Source of the DNA: Octopus sinensis
Taxonomy: Eukaryota
DNA: 64,000 nt
Direction of reading: 5' to 3'
NCBI RefSeq assembly: GCF_006345805.1
Contig: NC_043015.1
Span: forward strand, 41,912,001 to 41,976,000
Part shown: positions 27,462-39,972 of the stretch, one piece after another
Numbering within the stretch: position 1 is the first letter of the stretch
Layout of the letters: every line of letters starts with the position of its first letter
Made by a program: the position numbers and the translations under genes
The notes under the pieces: model-generated
What the model was told of the DNA's origin: nothing
Databases searched by the model: none
The model's input: only the letters and a program-made list of their open reading frames with translations

Positions 27462-28066
27462 ATATAATCTGTATATATATATACATATACATATATATAT
27501 ATACGTATATGTGTATATATATATATATGTATAAATATATATATATATGTATATATATACAGATTATATACATACATCATTGTATGTGCACACATACATA
27601 TATTATACATATGTATGTACATATGTGCACACTTGCACACACACACACATACACAGACACACACGCACACCCACACACACTGACAAACTTATGCACATTA
27701 GAACACATGTATGTAGCTGTGTGTAACTGTATGCATGAATGTTCTAATTTCTTGCTGTTTCAATTGAGTCCACCTAATTTATGACACTCATTTGATATAT
27801 CAGTGAATATACTATTGACTGATATCGATAACACGGAAGGGAAAAAAACATCGCTTAGAAACGTACGGATTGGTTACACTTCACTGACGAATCACACTCG
27901 GGTGAATCTACTTGGACATCCGCGTGAATCACTCCTCAGACGATGTTCTCTTCACTAAAATATCTACTCTTCTTTGTTTTGAATGCGTATGTAGATATTT
28001 TTTTTCCCACGAAATAGTTAGAGCATGATATATGTCAATGGTATATATGACTCCTCTCATGGTATA

Positions 28067-28238
28067 GGTGCAGGAGTGGCTGTGTGGTGAGTAGCTTGCT
28101 TACCAACCACATGGTCTCAGGTTCAGTCCCACTGCGTGGCACCTTGGGCAAGTGTCCTCTACTATAGCCTCGGGCCGACCAAAAGCCTTGTGAGTAGATT
28201 TGTTATACTGAAACTGAAACAAGCCCGTTGCATATATA

Positions 28239-28298
<60 letters not shown>

Positions 28299-28520
28299 AT
28301 GTTTGTATGTGTGTGTGTGTGTATGTTTGTGCGTCTGTGCTTGACAACCGATGGTAGTGTGTTTACATCCCCGTAACTGAGCGTTTCGGCAAAAAAGAGA
28401 CCGATAGAATAAGTACTAGGCTTTTAAAAAATAAGCTCTGGGGTCGGTTTTCCCGAATATAAAGGCAGTGCTCCAGCATGGCCGCAGTCAAATGACTGAA
28501 ACAAGTAAAAAGTAAAAGAG
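28067..28520 (+). mobile_element. SINE family 1, full length
   Basis: Collinear with the 4446 and 11888 copies; longer internal (TA)n. Confidence 0.92.
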
Positions 28521-28554
28521 ATATGTGAGGTATTGTAAAGAGATGTTTATTTTA

Positions 28555-28597
28555 ATTTGATGCCGATATATTTGACTCAAATATATCGGCATTAAAT
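28555..28597. repeat. 43-bp near-perfect palindrome
   Basis: atttgatgccgatatatttga-c-tcaaatatatcggcattaaat: 21-bp arms, one mismatch, 1-nt centre. Confidence 0.95.
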
Positions 28598-29850
28598 CAA
28601 AGGGCGTGTGGTGATATTTCTGGCTGGGAAAGCAATGACCAAAATTTTCTGTCACACAGATATTTGAATCAAATTGACATGTTCATATCATACAGCTATT
28701 TTTAAAATAAAAAAAAATATCACAAATAAAATCTACATATTTTATTTAAATGTTAACTCAATCCTTCTCACTTTCTTGATGAAATTGTTGATAACATCAT
28801 TGTAGATGGTATCGCCCTTAAGCTTTTTAAAACGGCTTCTTCTATGCCAGTGAGAGCTAAACTGCTCAACCTTCCTTGCTCCTGCGAATTGCTTGTATAA
28901 TTATGAATTCCCCTTAAGTATGACAAGGAGCGCTCCACTGAAGCACCTGTTGTTGGTAGTATTAATATTAATTCACAAAGCTTTGTTCACTGGGGCAAAG
29001 TTTCATCTATTATGCAGAATGCAAAGTAAATCTTGAACGGATTTCGCTTTTAGTTCAGCACCTTTGTACAAAGCAGTAAGTTTGCTTCTTAACTCTTGGC
29101 TGTCGAAATGGTTTCCATAAGAATGTTTAAGGCAAGTTAGAGACGATTCCTGGACATCGTTATTTTGTCTCATTGGATCGAGAAGCGCTAAAAAATGTAA
29201 TTCGTTTAAATTTTGAAATCCTATCTCAATTTCCTTGCAAATTAAATCTATGACTTTGTACAACAGCTGTTTGTATCGTTCTTCTCTTTCAAATGCAGTT
29301 TTTTTTCTTCAGTTGAGGATACACGCCATCAACGTTAACCCAAAATTTAGAAAATGCATGCTTTTTTTCTTTCAAAACTTTCACAATTTCATTTACAGTA
29401 GGATATTTTAAATGCCTTTTTTTCTGGAGTATGTCATATGCTGCATTTGTGTAAATAAAAATATCTCCCAACACATTTAACAAAAAATTGGATTCACAAT
29501 TTTGTAAATTAGGTTACACCGCATGAGAATAGGTATAGCTTTCCGTCCCACATTTACTTGAAATATTAATGGTGTTTAGAAATAAATCAGTAAGCCGATC
29601 ATGATATTTACGAAGTGCTTCTATCTACAAATGACTCAAGCAACAGCGAATTGGCGCCACCTTTGGAAAACGCTTTTTAATTCCAGTATCTAATAGATAC
29701 ACGCGTTTGGTCGACATGCAAAAAATAACGAAAATGATTTTATCTGTGAAAAAAACTTATCGCATTCTTTTATATTTGCAGCGGGTTGAGACAGAACTAG
29801 ATTTAATCTATGGGTCAAACAGCGAACAAAAAAAAAAATGGTGTTCTGTA
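28598..29850 (-). mobile_element. Degenerate hAT transposon (transposase C-terminal half with hATC dimerisation domain)
   Basis: Minus-strand fragments RCLTHRLNLVLSQ (CxxH motif), LLNVLGDIFIYTNAAYDILQKK and ILIPTTGASVERSLSYLRGI...RLSSLALTGIE. A hAT-like terminus caaagggcgtgtggtg starts at 28598. Confidence 0.85.
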
Positions 29851-30038
29851 ATTTGAAAAAAGATACTTGCTCATGATGCCATGCAGTGGGGCTAAACCCG
29901 GAACCTTTTGGTTTGGAAGTGAACTTCTTACAACACAGCAACGCCTGCGCCTATTTACATATATTTATTTATATAAACATATGCACGCATACGTACACAC
30001 CACACATATAAATAAATATAAACACACACCACATACAC

Positions 30039-30074
<36 letters not shown>

Positions 30075-30190
30075 ATAATATATATATATATATATATACA
30101 CACCTAAATACATGCATATGTATGGAATAAATTTATGTGTACGTGTACATATATATATACGTATATATATGTTTAAATATTTATATATAT

Positions 30191-30246
<56 letters not shown>

Positions 30247-30329
30247 TATGTATATATATATATATAGATTATACACATACATATATACAGTCATATCATA
30301 TGTTTATATAAATATTTAAACATATAATA

Positions 30330-30362
<33 letters not shown>

Positions 30363-30488
30363 ATATATATATATATATTAGATGTATATATATATATATA
30401 TATACGATATATATATGTTTAAATATTTATATAAACATATAAAATATGCCTGTAATATGTATGTGTATATATTATATATATGCATATA

Positions 30489-30537
<49 letters not shown>

Positions 30538-31026
30538 CATGCGTATGTGCGCTCGCGTTGTGGGAAGGCAGCTACATGTAAGAGAAAGTAAACAACTGAA
30601 CGTTGATCTATAAATTTATATTTAATGTGAAGAACTAATATCGGAATATCTGGAGTGCTTCCGATCTGCTTAAACCGAAATCGTTAAGAATTGACCTTTT
30701 GATCATAGCGTTCTAAGGATTCCATTGAAACATAACAAACACCGTTGTCTAGTCTTTTAAAAGAACGGAACCATGGCTCTTGGAGCCAATTGAAATGTCA
30801 AGTTATAATATTTACAGGGCATTTCAAATTTTGCACTTTTACATTATGTTTCTTATCCTGCGTTCATTTGCATTTGCTGCGCAATATTTTCGATGTACGA
30901 TATCGATGCTGGCGTTGATAATTGTTAAGACTGGCTGTTTCAGTTATACGATTTCAGAAATACACAGACCCTGTTGCGGTTCGAGTAAGTTTGCATAAGT
31001 GTGTGTATAAATCTATTTGAATACGC

Positions 31027-31063
<37 letters not shown>

Positions 31064-31083
31064 TTTGTGTGCTTGTGTGTATG

Positions 31084-31146
<63 letters not shown>

Positions 31147-31444
31147 TGTGTGTGTGTGTGTGTATGTATATATATATAGGGAGAGAGAGACAGAGACAGA
31201 AACAGATAGACAGATAGATAGACAGATAGATACACAAAAATATAGATAAATAGATTGATTAATTTATTTGAATCTATTTGCTCACGTTTCTGCATCCATA
31301 CAGTTAACTATGCAGGATTTTACATATATACGTATCTATTTTAATACACCGTCTGATGTATGCACAGAAGATACATGCGCACACATACACACACATACAC
31401 ACACACACAAACACACACACATATATATATATATATTTCACGTG

Positions 31445-31476
<32 letters not shown>

Positions 31477-31477
<1 letters not shown>

Positions 31478-31652
31478 CCACTACACATTTTTTTATCTCC
31501 TTGTTTTTTTTCTGTGTCCCTTTCTGTAGAAGAGCGTAGGCTCGAAACGTAAAAGACGTTTTCTCTTCCTGAGCGTTATACTAATACATCTGTCTGTTTT
31601 CTATACCACTTGACCACTTGTCTTCGTCTTTTGCGTTTTTCGTGAACTCTCC
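31477..31652 (+). mobile_element. Short non-autonomous PLE pLTR-like element carrying a hammerhead motif
   Basis: About 175 bp of pyrimidine-rich unique sequence between two (TA)n tracts, with the hammerhead fold in the middle. The PLE origin is inferred from the ribozyme type. Confidence 0.55.
31520..31555 (+). ncRNA. Minimal type I hammerhead-like motif (A6U change, extra A after A9)
   Basis: CUUU-CUGUAGA-A-GAGC(GUAG)GCUC-GAAA-CGU-A-AAAG. Confidence 0.7.
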
Positions 31653-31658
31653 TATATG

Positions 31659-31700
<42 letters not shown>

Positions 31701-32399
31701 CAGAGAGACAGAGAGAGAGACAGAGAGACAGAGAGAGAGACAGAGAGAGAGACAGACATACCAAGAGACAGAGATACATACATTGGCAAGTAAAAACTAC
31801 AGATAGCGAAGGAAATATTGAAACTTTGCAGTAAAGATTAGAAACTACCACTCGAAAACATTCCTTTAATCAAACATGCGCGCGCGTATGACACTTCAAC
31901 GCAGAAGCATGCGCACTTCATCTCGGTCACCAGAGGGTAAACAAACTCTAGAACTACTTGAGACAGCAAGTGAATTACATATGAAGATTGCATATACGAT
32001 TGCATTTGATAGGAATCTTTTCCAATAAACTTGTACACCCACTGATTTTAGTATCACACAGTGTCATACGATGTCAAAGAATTATATTTTTGATATCGTA
32101 TGACACAGTGTGATGTTACGATGTTTTCGAAACCATGTTTATACTCTTGCTCTTTCTTTTACTCTTTTACTCGTTACAGTCATTTGACTGCGGCCATGCA
32201 GGACTTATTCTTTGTATGCCTAGTACTTATTCCATCGGTGTCTTTTGCCGAACCGCTAAGTTACGGGGACCAAAACACACCAGCAACGTTTGAAACGCTG
32301 CTAAGAAGTTTCTCTGATGCGATAATGATTCTGCCAGCTCACCGCCTTTTCCTAACTAAAAAAATATGAGAGAGACTAGTACCAATCCTCCAAATCTTA

Positions 32400-33330
32400 G
32401 ATATAGTCAATGAATCTCTATCGATTTCGACGATAGCTTTTACACTTGTTTGATCGACTAAACGGTTTCTTCAATACGTTAAAGTACAGGTGGTTGAATA
32501 TTCCATGGACACGCATAATCTACTCTTCACGTAATGCTTAAGCGGAGTCAGGCTGGCACAGTATGGCACGGTTGTAATTTTGAAGAACAGACACAATTCC
32601 TTCGGTACAGATTCAGTAAAAAAAAACATGCTCAAGATGCCCTGCTATGTGATCGAACTATAGACGTTTCGTTTGCGAGACGTGCTTCTTAGCCATTCAG
32701 CCATGAGACCCTATTTTCAAGAGCAGCAGTGTATGGCTTGGATGTAACTTTAATACTATTGCATGTATGTATTTTTCTGACATCTCCTTAGCCCATTGCT
32801 TTCTTTTCATGATATAACAAAAGGAGAGGTTTCCTTCTAGCTGCTCGTCCATAATACCCAAGTTTATGCAGATATGTAACACACGTTCTTGGACTAACTT
32901 CTACCTGTTTTGCAATGTCAGAAGCCTTCGTCGGGGTTCGTTTTCCACAATTCTCTTCAAACAGCGAAGCTTCATTTCCGAGGGCCCAGGTCGGCCGGGA
33001 CGATAATCTGTTGATTCTTTTCCTTGGCTTTTGAATTGCAGTATAATTCTATTAACAGCAGCAAGAAGAATTTGGAGACTTTCGGCAATTTTTCGCTGCT
33101 TAAGAGGAACCTCAGCTTGTCCAACAATACGACCTCTTTGAAAATCTGACAGTTCTGCTGAATATTTTGTACGTGGCATGGTTACCTTTCGCAAATGTTT
33201 AATATAATGACTCCTGGAATGAAAAAGAATAATTACATTGTAAATAAATTCTACACCACTGGAAACATTATTTAGACGCTGAGATCAGAAATTTTGAAAA
33301 TTAAAGGCCTCTTTTTACTTCCTTCATGTG
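32400..33330 (-). mobile_element. Degenerate Tc1-like transposon
   Basis: MPRTKYSAELSDFQRGRIVG...KIAESLQILLAAVNRII...RPGRP (paired-like HTH) and, in another frame, LHKLGYYGRAARRKPLL. The 3' extent is approximate. Confidence 0.8.
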
Positions 33331-33935
33331 TGTACATATATATATATATATACACACACATATACATAAATTCACATATATACACACACACACATACATA
33401 CATACATACATACATACATACATACATACATACATACATACATACATACATACAAAGAAACTGAGAAACTGTATGTGAGAGAGTGAGATATAAATCTATG
33501 CATATGTATGTCAATAGTTTAATCACGTTTACTTTATTACAGGAATATCATATCAATCGATGGACCATTTTAAGATATTAAAGGCCACCATCGCGGTAAA
33601 AATGCCACAGGCTTATTTCACAAATGTAGAAATGACATTTTCAATTCTAAATTAATGAGTTTCTTGTTAAATGAGCTTTTTATGTAGTCTAACTCGTATT
33701 TCTTTTACCATTAATAAAGGAACACAAGTGATGTTACCTATAAATACATTTTATATATAAACAGAACGGAAACGGATCTCAGTCAGTCTCGTGATGAGGA
33801 TACGACTCAATTAACGGAACTATTTGTATATACATTTTTCTCTTATATGCAACATTACTCTCATATACAGCATTAATGTTATCTGCAAGCAGAATCATTG
33901 TGTTCCTTAATAAAAAATGCGGGTCGTTTAAATTA

Positions 33936-34270
33936 TCAGGATGAGTAATAAGTAAGAATCGTTTTGAACCATGAAGAATATATACCGGAATTTTGCAAAG
34001 TTTTGAATTTATTTTAGACATTTTTTTTTTTGTAACTGTCTGATAATACAGACATAGACTTGCCAAATTGACATTGGTATTCTCCCCCGTTGTTACAATA
34101 ATCTGAAATGGATGTGTCAAAGCGCGATGTTAAAGCTATTTTGATTCAACTTCAAAAAAGGACGTAAAGCCGCTGAAACTGCTCGCGATATCAACGAAAC
34201 TTTTGGTGGGAAAATGACCAGTGGGTGGTCGGTTCGAAAATGATGAATAAAATTTCCGCATTGTTGAAAT
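33936..34270 (+). mobile_element. Mariner 5' remnant (TIR, 5'UTR, N-terminal HTH)
   Basis: TA followed by TIR-like tcaggatgagtaataagtaagaatcgttt. ATG at 34108 gives MDVSKRDVKAIL, then after a frameshift FKKGRKAAETARDINETFG. Confidence 0.75.
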
Positions 34271-34514
34271 ATATTGGGATGAATTTCATGTTTCAAAACT
34301 TTGCTTACTTTTGACTCAGCCCGATACAATCACATTCCCTTTGACGCGCGTCTGTTCAGAGTTTTTGTCCTTACCTTATTTTCACTCACAACGTGAGATG
34401 GTCCTAGAGGGTACTTATGTATACTCGACCAAATTACCTCGCTCTTAGATCGAACACTGAACTACGTCATTGCAAACAAAGAAACTTCCTAACTAGTTGC
34501 ACACACATATATAT

Positions 34515-34558
<44 letters not shown>

Positions 34559-34993
34559 ATATATATACATTATACATGCATACATAGATGCTGTATACAT
34601 AATGTACATATGTATGTATTTATATGTGTAAGTATATGTATATATGTATATAAAATGTATATAAACACGATTTGATAAGTACTAGGCTTACAAAGAATAA
34701 GTCCCGGGGTCGATGTGTTCGACCAAAGGCTTGTTCCAACATGGCCGCACTCAAATGACTGAAACAAATAAAAGAATAAAGGAATGTAGCACTTTGGAGA
34801 CAACAAATCTCAGGGTGATACGCTCGGGACTGAACCTGGGACCTTGTGGTTGGGAAGTAAACGTCCCACCTCACAGCCACACCTTAACAAACAAACTGCG
34901 AAAATTAATAAAACAGAAATAATGATTTAAAATTCATTCTTTCTGTGCGGCCCAGTGCCGAATGACCTGCGGCCCGGTACTGGTCCGTGGCTG

Positions 34994-35224
34994 GGTGGTG
35001 AGCTGGCAGAATCGTTAGCACGCCGGACGAAATGCTTAGCAGTATTTCGTCTGCCGCTACGTTCTGAGTTCCAATTCCGCCGAGATCGACTTTGCCTTTC
35101 ATCCTTTCGGTTTTGATTAAATAAGTACCAGTTACGCACTGGGGTCGATGTAATCGAATTAATACATAAGTCTGGCCTTGTTTGTCCACTCTATGTTTAG
35201 CCCCTTGTGGTTAATAAAGAAATA
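34994..35224 (+). mobile_element. SINE family 2, full length
   Basis: Collinear with the 13735 copy. Further partial copies at 55512-55655, 12500-12680(-), 56570-56730(-), 22050-22170(-) and 59280-59400(-). Confidence 0.9.
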
Positions 35225-35759
35225 GGTTGGAGAACCTTACTCCATATGAATGTCGAAACGACGAAAATAAAACCTTGAGGTGCCGTCCCCTATTGTAATA
35301 ATCTCCCCCTTAGCTCTCATATTGTCCAGCTTTCACTTTGGAATAACACAACACCATAATAACTGTTAAGGAAACCACATCAGAAATATTTCCAGCGAGG
35401 TGGACTCGGCCACTAAATAGACATCTTAACTCTGAACACCACTAGTACTGCAAAAAAGAGAAAAAAAACATTAGTTATATTAATGTAACATTAATTATAT
35501 TACAATTACTGCAGTGGTAGGGTAAAATTAATGAACCTCACCGCACGCCTTTTCCTGTGCTCCCTTTTTATATATTTGACACTTTGTCTTTTTAAAAGCG
35601 AATTCAATAAGTGATGCTTTTACTAAATTGAAACACATCAATTTCGCCATTTCCCACTGTTTTGCTAAGACTCTGTTCACTTCTTTCTAAACTTGCCCTT
35701 TGGTGTTTGTCTTCTCATAAGTCTTGTTTGTGTTGATGATATTATGGTGGAAATGTTGA

Positions 35760-36189
35760 TGTCATCGACGTTGTTGTTGTTGTTGTTGTTGTTATTGTTC
35801 TTGGGTTTCTTCTCCTTCGCTTCTTCTCCTTCTTCCCTTTCTTCTTCCTTTTCTTCTTTTCTTCCTCTACTTCTTCTTCCCTTTCTTCTTCTTCTTCTTG
35901 ATTATTGATTATTGTTTTGTGGTGATTATTTTATGATTATTATTATATTATTATTATTATTATTATACTATTATTATTTTATTATTATTATTTTATTATT
36001 ATGTTATTGTTTTGTTGTTATATTATTATTATTATTATATTATCTATTATTGTCGCTTTCCATTATCGTTTCCAAATTATATATATTTGGCCATGAAATT
36101 GCAAAAAAAAAAATGAACTAAAATAAAAATTATAAATAATATACTACAATTACTATATATACTACTACTACTACTATATACTACTTAAT

Positions 36190-36257
<68 letters not shown>

Positions 36258-36760
36258 TATAATAATAATAAGAAGGATAAAGAGAAAGATAATAAGTAAG
36301 AAAAAAGGACAGAGAAAGAGAAGAAGAACAGAAGAGAGAGAGAAGAACAGAGAAGAGATAAGAAAGAGGAGAAGAATAAAGAGAAGAAGAAGACGACAAG
36401 AAAAAAGAAGAAGAAGAATAGAAGAAGAGAAGAAGAAGAATAGAGAAGAACAAGAAGCGAACAAGAAGAAGAACAAGAAGAAGAAAAGAAGACAGAAGAA
36501 GAGGAAGAAAAGAAGAAGAAGAATAGAAGAAGAAGAATAAGAACACGGCACAAGAAGAAGACAAGAGAGCTAAGAACAATGAAGAAGAAGAAGAAGAAGG
36601 AGAAAAGAAAGAAGAACGAAGCCAGAAGGTGTACAAGTTCGATAAGAAAGAACAGATAGCAGAAGCAAGGAACACAGAACAAGAAAAGAACAGAACAAGA
36701 CTTGGAAGAAGAACGAGAAGAAGCCAAGAAGCAAGAAGAAAGAGAGAGAAGAAGAGAAGA
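35760..36760. repeat. Compound trinucleotide tract (TTG/TTC/TTA, then AAT/AAG)
   Basis: Direct reading. Confidence 0.93.
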
Positions 36761-37299
36761 CTAGACTTCGTGCAGGAATCGAAATGAATAAGAAAATATT
36801 TTTAAGTAACTGTAAAACGCCGTGTGTGTTTGTAAGCTGCAATTTTAAAATGGCCAACACATGCTGCCGTCTGTGACAAATTGATGGATAATTGCAATTA
36901 GTCAGGCTTGGCAAACAATGATACATTGGTATCAAGCCGTGGAGGATTCACACACGCACACACATAAGAAAATGGAAGCCAGAAACCCGAGCACACACAT
37001 TCATACACATACACACACACACATACACACACATACACACACACACACATATATATACATACGTATACATAGATTCACAAGCATATACACACACAGAGAA
37101 TGAAAATTCAATAATGTATGCCGCTAAAAATAATTTTAAATAAGCGATAAACTCGGAGTGTATTTCCGAAATGAAATCTTTAAATAGGCGCCATATTTCG
37201 CCGTCTGCCCTAAACTGATGGATAATTTCAATTAGTTAGGCTTAATGAATAATAAGTTGATATGAAGACGTGGAGTAATAAATAGAATGTTGCAGAAAG

Positions 37300-37620
37300 A
37301 AATTGGCACTCCGTCGCTTACGACAATGGGGGTTCCAGTAGGTCCGATAAACGGAACAGCCTGCGAGAGAATTTATCATGCAAGTGGTTGAGCGCTCGAC
37401 AAACATACCTACACTTAAGGAGTTCTTAGTGAGATTCAACCCGACTAGGAATGTGACAGGAGGTCCTTTGAAATAGAAGTACTACTCATTATTTGCCAGG
37501 AGAGTGGATTGAAGGAAAGTGAAGTAGAGTGTCTCCTTCGAGGACACAACACGCCGCCGGGAATCGAACCGACGACCTAGGATCATGAGATGAAATATCT
37601 TAACCACCAAGCCACCCAAC
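37300..37620 (-). mobile_element. tRNA-headed SINE family 5 (possible Nin/Deu-domain SINE)
   Basis: Minus-strand head ggtggcttggtggttaag...ggttcgattcccgg. The body is alignable to 23500-23722(+), sharing caaccacttgcatg, gcaggctgttcc and ctggaaccc. The domain name is from recall only. Confidence 0.7.
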
Positions 37621-38323
37621 TTCATTGTTACATAAGGAAATAACACATCAGAAAATATTCGAAAACTAGATACCCACACACTCACACATTACAAACAAGC
37701 ACAAACAAAGATTCCGAATTAATTAAACTCAAACAAAGACTCCGAATTAATTACAATTAAAATATCACCTTCAATGAAATAGAAAGCAACATTTTGAACA
37801 CAGACCAAAATGAAATATACTTTGGTCACACTGACTAAAATTATATTCTATACATCTATAGATTTAACCAAACTGTCAGGAGGTACATACACATCAACGA
37901 ATACGTGGAAACTAGATGTTTAGATACAGAGGCTCACTCACACACGAATAAACACAGCCAAAAATTAGGATTAATAAATAAAGAAGCTCCCGATAAAATA
38001 ATACATATTTACTAAGAACCCCAATAAAATAACTTACCCAGAAAAGGTCGACTAAAATTTATTAAAATGTTTTTATCGGTATTATAGTTGGATCATCTCA
38101 AAAGCAAACAGCTTAAAATATCCCCCAAATACTACAGTTCTACGTTTAAGAGATGAGGAATTATGTACATTATTTACATATGGTGTAGTGGTTAAGAGCG
38201 TGGGTTACTGACCTCAAGATTCCGAGTTCGATTCCAGGCAGTGACCTGAGTGATAATAATAATATTTCGTTTTTGGATTTGGTTTGCAAGATTCTTTATA
38301 TGAGTTCGTGTGCTGAAGCATAG

Positions 38324-38488
38324 TCTGTTGTGTCTGGGGAGAGTTATTTTCTTTTTGTGCCTTATAATTTATCACACTCACCGGTAAAATTTCCATTTCA
38401 AAAAGAAGAAATAAGTGGAAATATTACTGGTGAGTGTGTTAAATTATAAGGCACAAAAACAAAATGACTCTCCCAGGAACACAGCAGA
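38324..38488. repeat. Long inverted repeat (72/73-nt arms, 20-nt loop)
   Basis: 38324-38395 pairs with 38416-38488 with a few mismatches (e.g. tttttgtgccttataattt / aaattataaggcacaaaaa). Confidence 0.93.
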
Positions 38489-38576
38489 ATAATAATGACG
38501 ATTACGATGATGATGATGATTATGATGATGATGATAATAATAATAATAATAACAATAATAATAATAATAATAATAA

Positions 38577-38626
<50 letters not shown>

Positions 38627-38671
38627 ATAATAATAGTATAATAATAATAATAATAATAGTAATAGTAATAA

Positions 38672-38721
<50 letters not shown>

Positions 38722-38727
38722 ATAATA

Positions 38728-38765
<38 letters not shown>

Positions 38766-38813
38766 TTCGAAAAATACCTTAGGAATGAGAAACCAGGTTC
38801 GAAATTTCCCCAA

Positions 38814-38859
38814 GACACCAGATGAAGGCTGGAGAGTATATCGGCCGAAACGTTGTGTT
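38814..38859 (+). ncRNA. Minimal type I hammerhead-like motif (U4A change, extra A after A9)
   Basis: GACAC-CAGAUGA-A-GGCUG(10 nt)CGGCC-GAAA-CGU-U-GUGUU; palindromic ACGU stem III. Confidence 0.7.
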
Positions 38860-39972
38860 AACAACAAACAAGATGAGAACAAATATCCGTCAAATGTAAA
38901 TAATGTAAATAACCCCCCAAATACTGACCAAAATTACAGGATCGTAACAGGATTATTGAATGCTGGATACATAAAATATCCTGAGAATTTTCGATGATAA
39001 ATATCAGCCATTTTCCTCTGTTACAAATCAGCATTATTTTGATAAATATTACGAAGACAATGAATAATATTTAAGAAATATAATTTTCTTTGTTAATTAA
39101 ATTATCGGAACAGACTTTTGTATTGATGGAAATATAATTTTTACTTAATTACATCATATTGTTGAGGAAAGGAAGTGTAGGTGTTTGCAGGAATTTCACG
39201 TTCTTTATTATTTCATTTCTAACTTGATTTATTGCCATTGGAAGCTATCCTGACAGAACTGTAATTTTGAGGCCCAGACACATACACACACACACGGAAT
39301 ACACAGATTCATGTATGGATACACACACCTGCGCACATATTAATTAAATGAATATATGTGCATATATTTATCTATGCGCTTCTTCATGTATATGTATGCG
39401 TATATATGTGTGTTTCTGTGTGTGTTTGCGTGTATGTATATCTATCTATCTATCTATATATATATATATATATGGGTAATATGTATTATAATATGTATAT
39501 CTGTATATATCTCTTTATGTCCTCTCTATATGTATATGTATATGTATATATATATATATAATATAGATATATATATATATATATATATGTATGTTAATAT
39601 ACGTATATATATATATTATATATAGATATATATATATATATCTAATATATATAAATGCACTATATATTATATATACATATGTATATCTGCGTGTACGTGT
39701 AACTGTTACACGTGGCGCGTGTATTGTAAGTATGTATATATATATAACATACAAACACATATATATACATATACATATACATATATATATATATAGATAA
39801 GAAAGTTTGTTTGGTAAAGCACGTGGGTGAATATATAAGAAAATAGTAAAGTGTGAAAAAACGACAGAAGCTTAAATGTTAAAAAATATATATATTTGTG
39901 TCAAAATGTCTGGAGAATATTGGAAAAATTTTTTTTCCTTTCCTTTAAAATGACATAATTTTAAAATTTTTA

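Larger units (their letters stand above)
38181..38910 (+). mobile_element. tRNA-headed SINE-like composite with trinucleotide middle and hammerhead-bearing tail
   Basis: Pol III A box (TGGTGTAGTGG) and B box (GAGTTCGATTCC) at 38181-38235, then AAT/GAT/AGT tracts, the hammerhead motif, and a tail also found at 1077 and 23404. Confidence 0.65.

Noticed and set aside
27880-27915. CUGACGA followed by a hairpin
   Set aside because: GAAU instead of GAAA, and no stem I or III.
33779-34120. 113-aa minus-strand ORF
   Set aside because: Largely antisense to a mariner 5' end on the plus strand.
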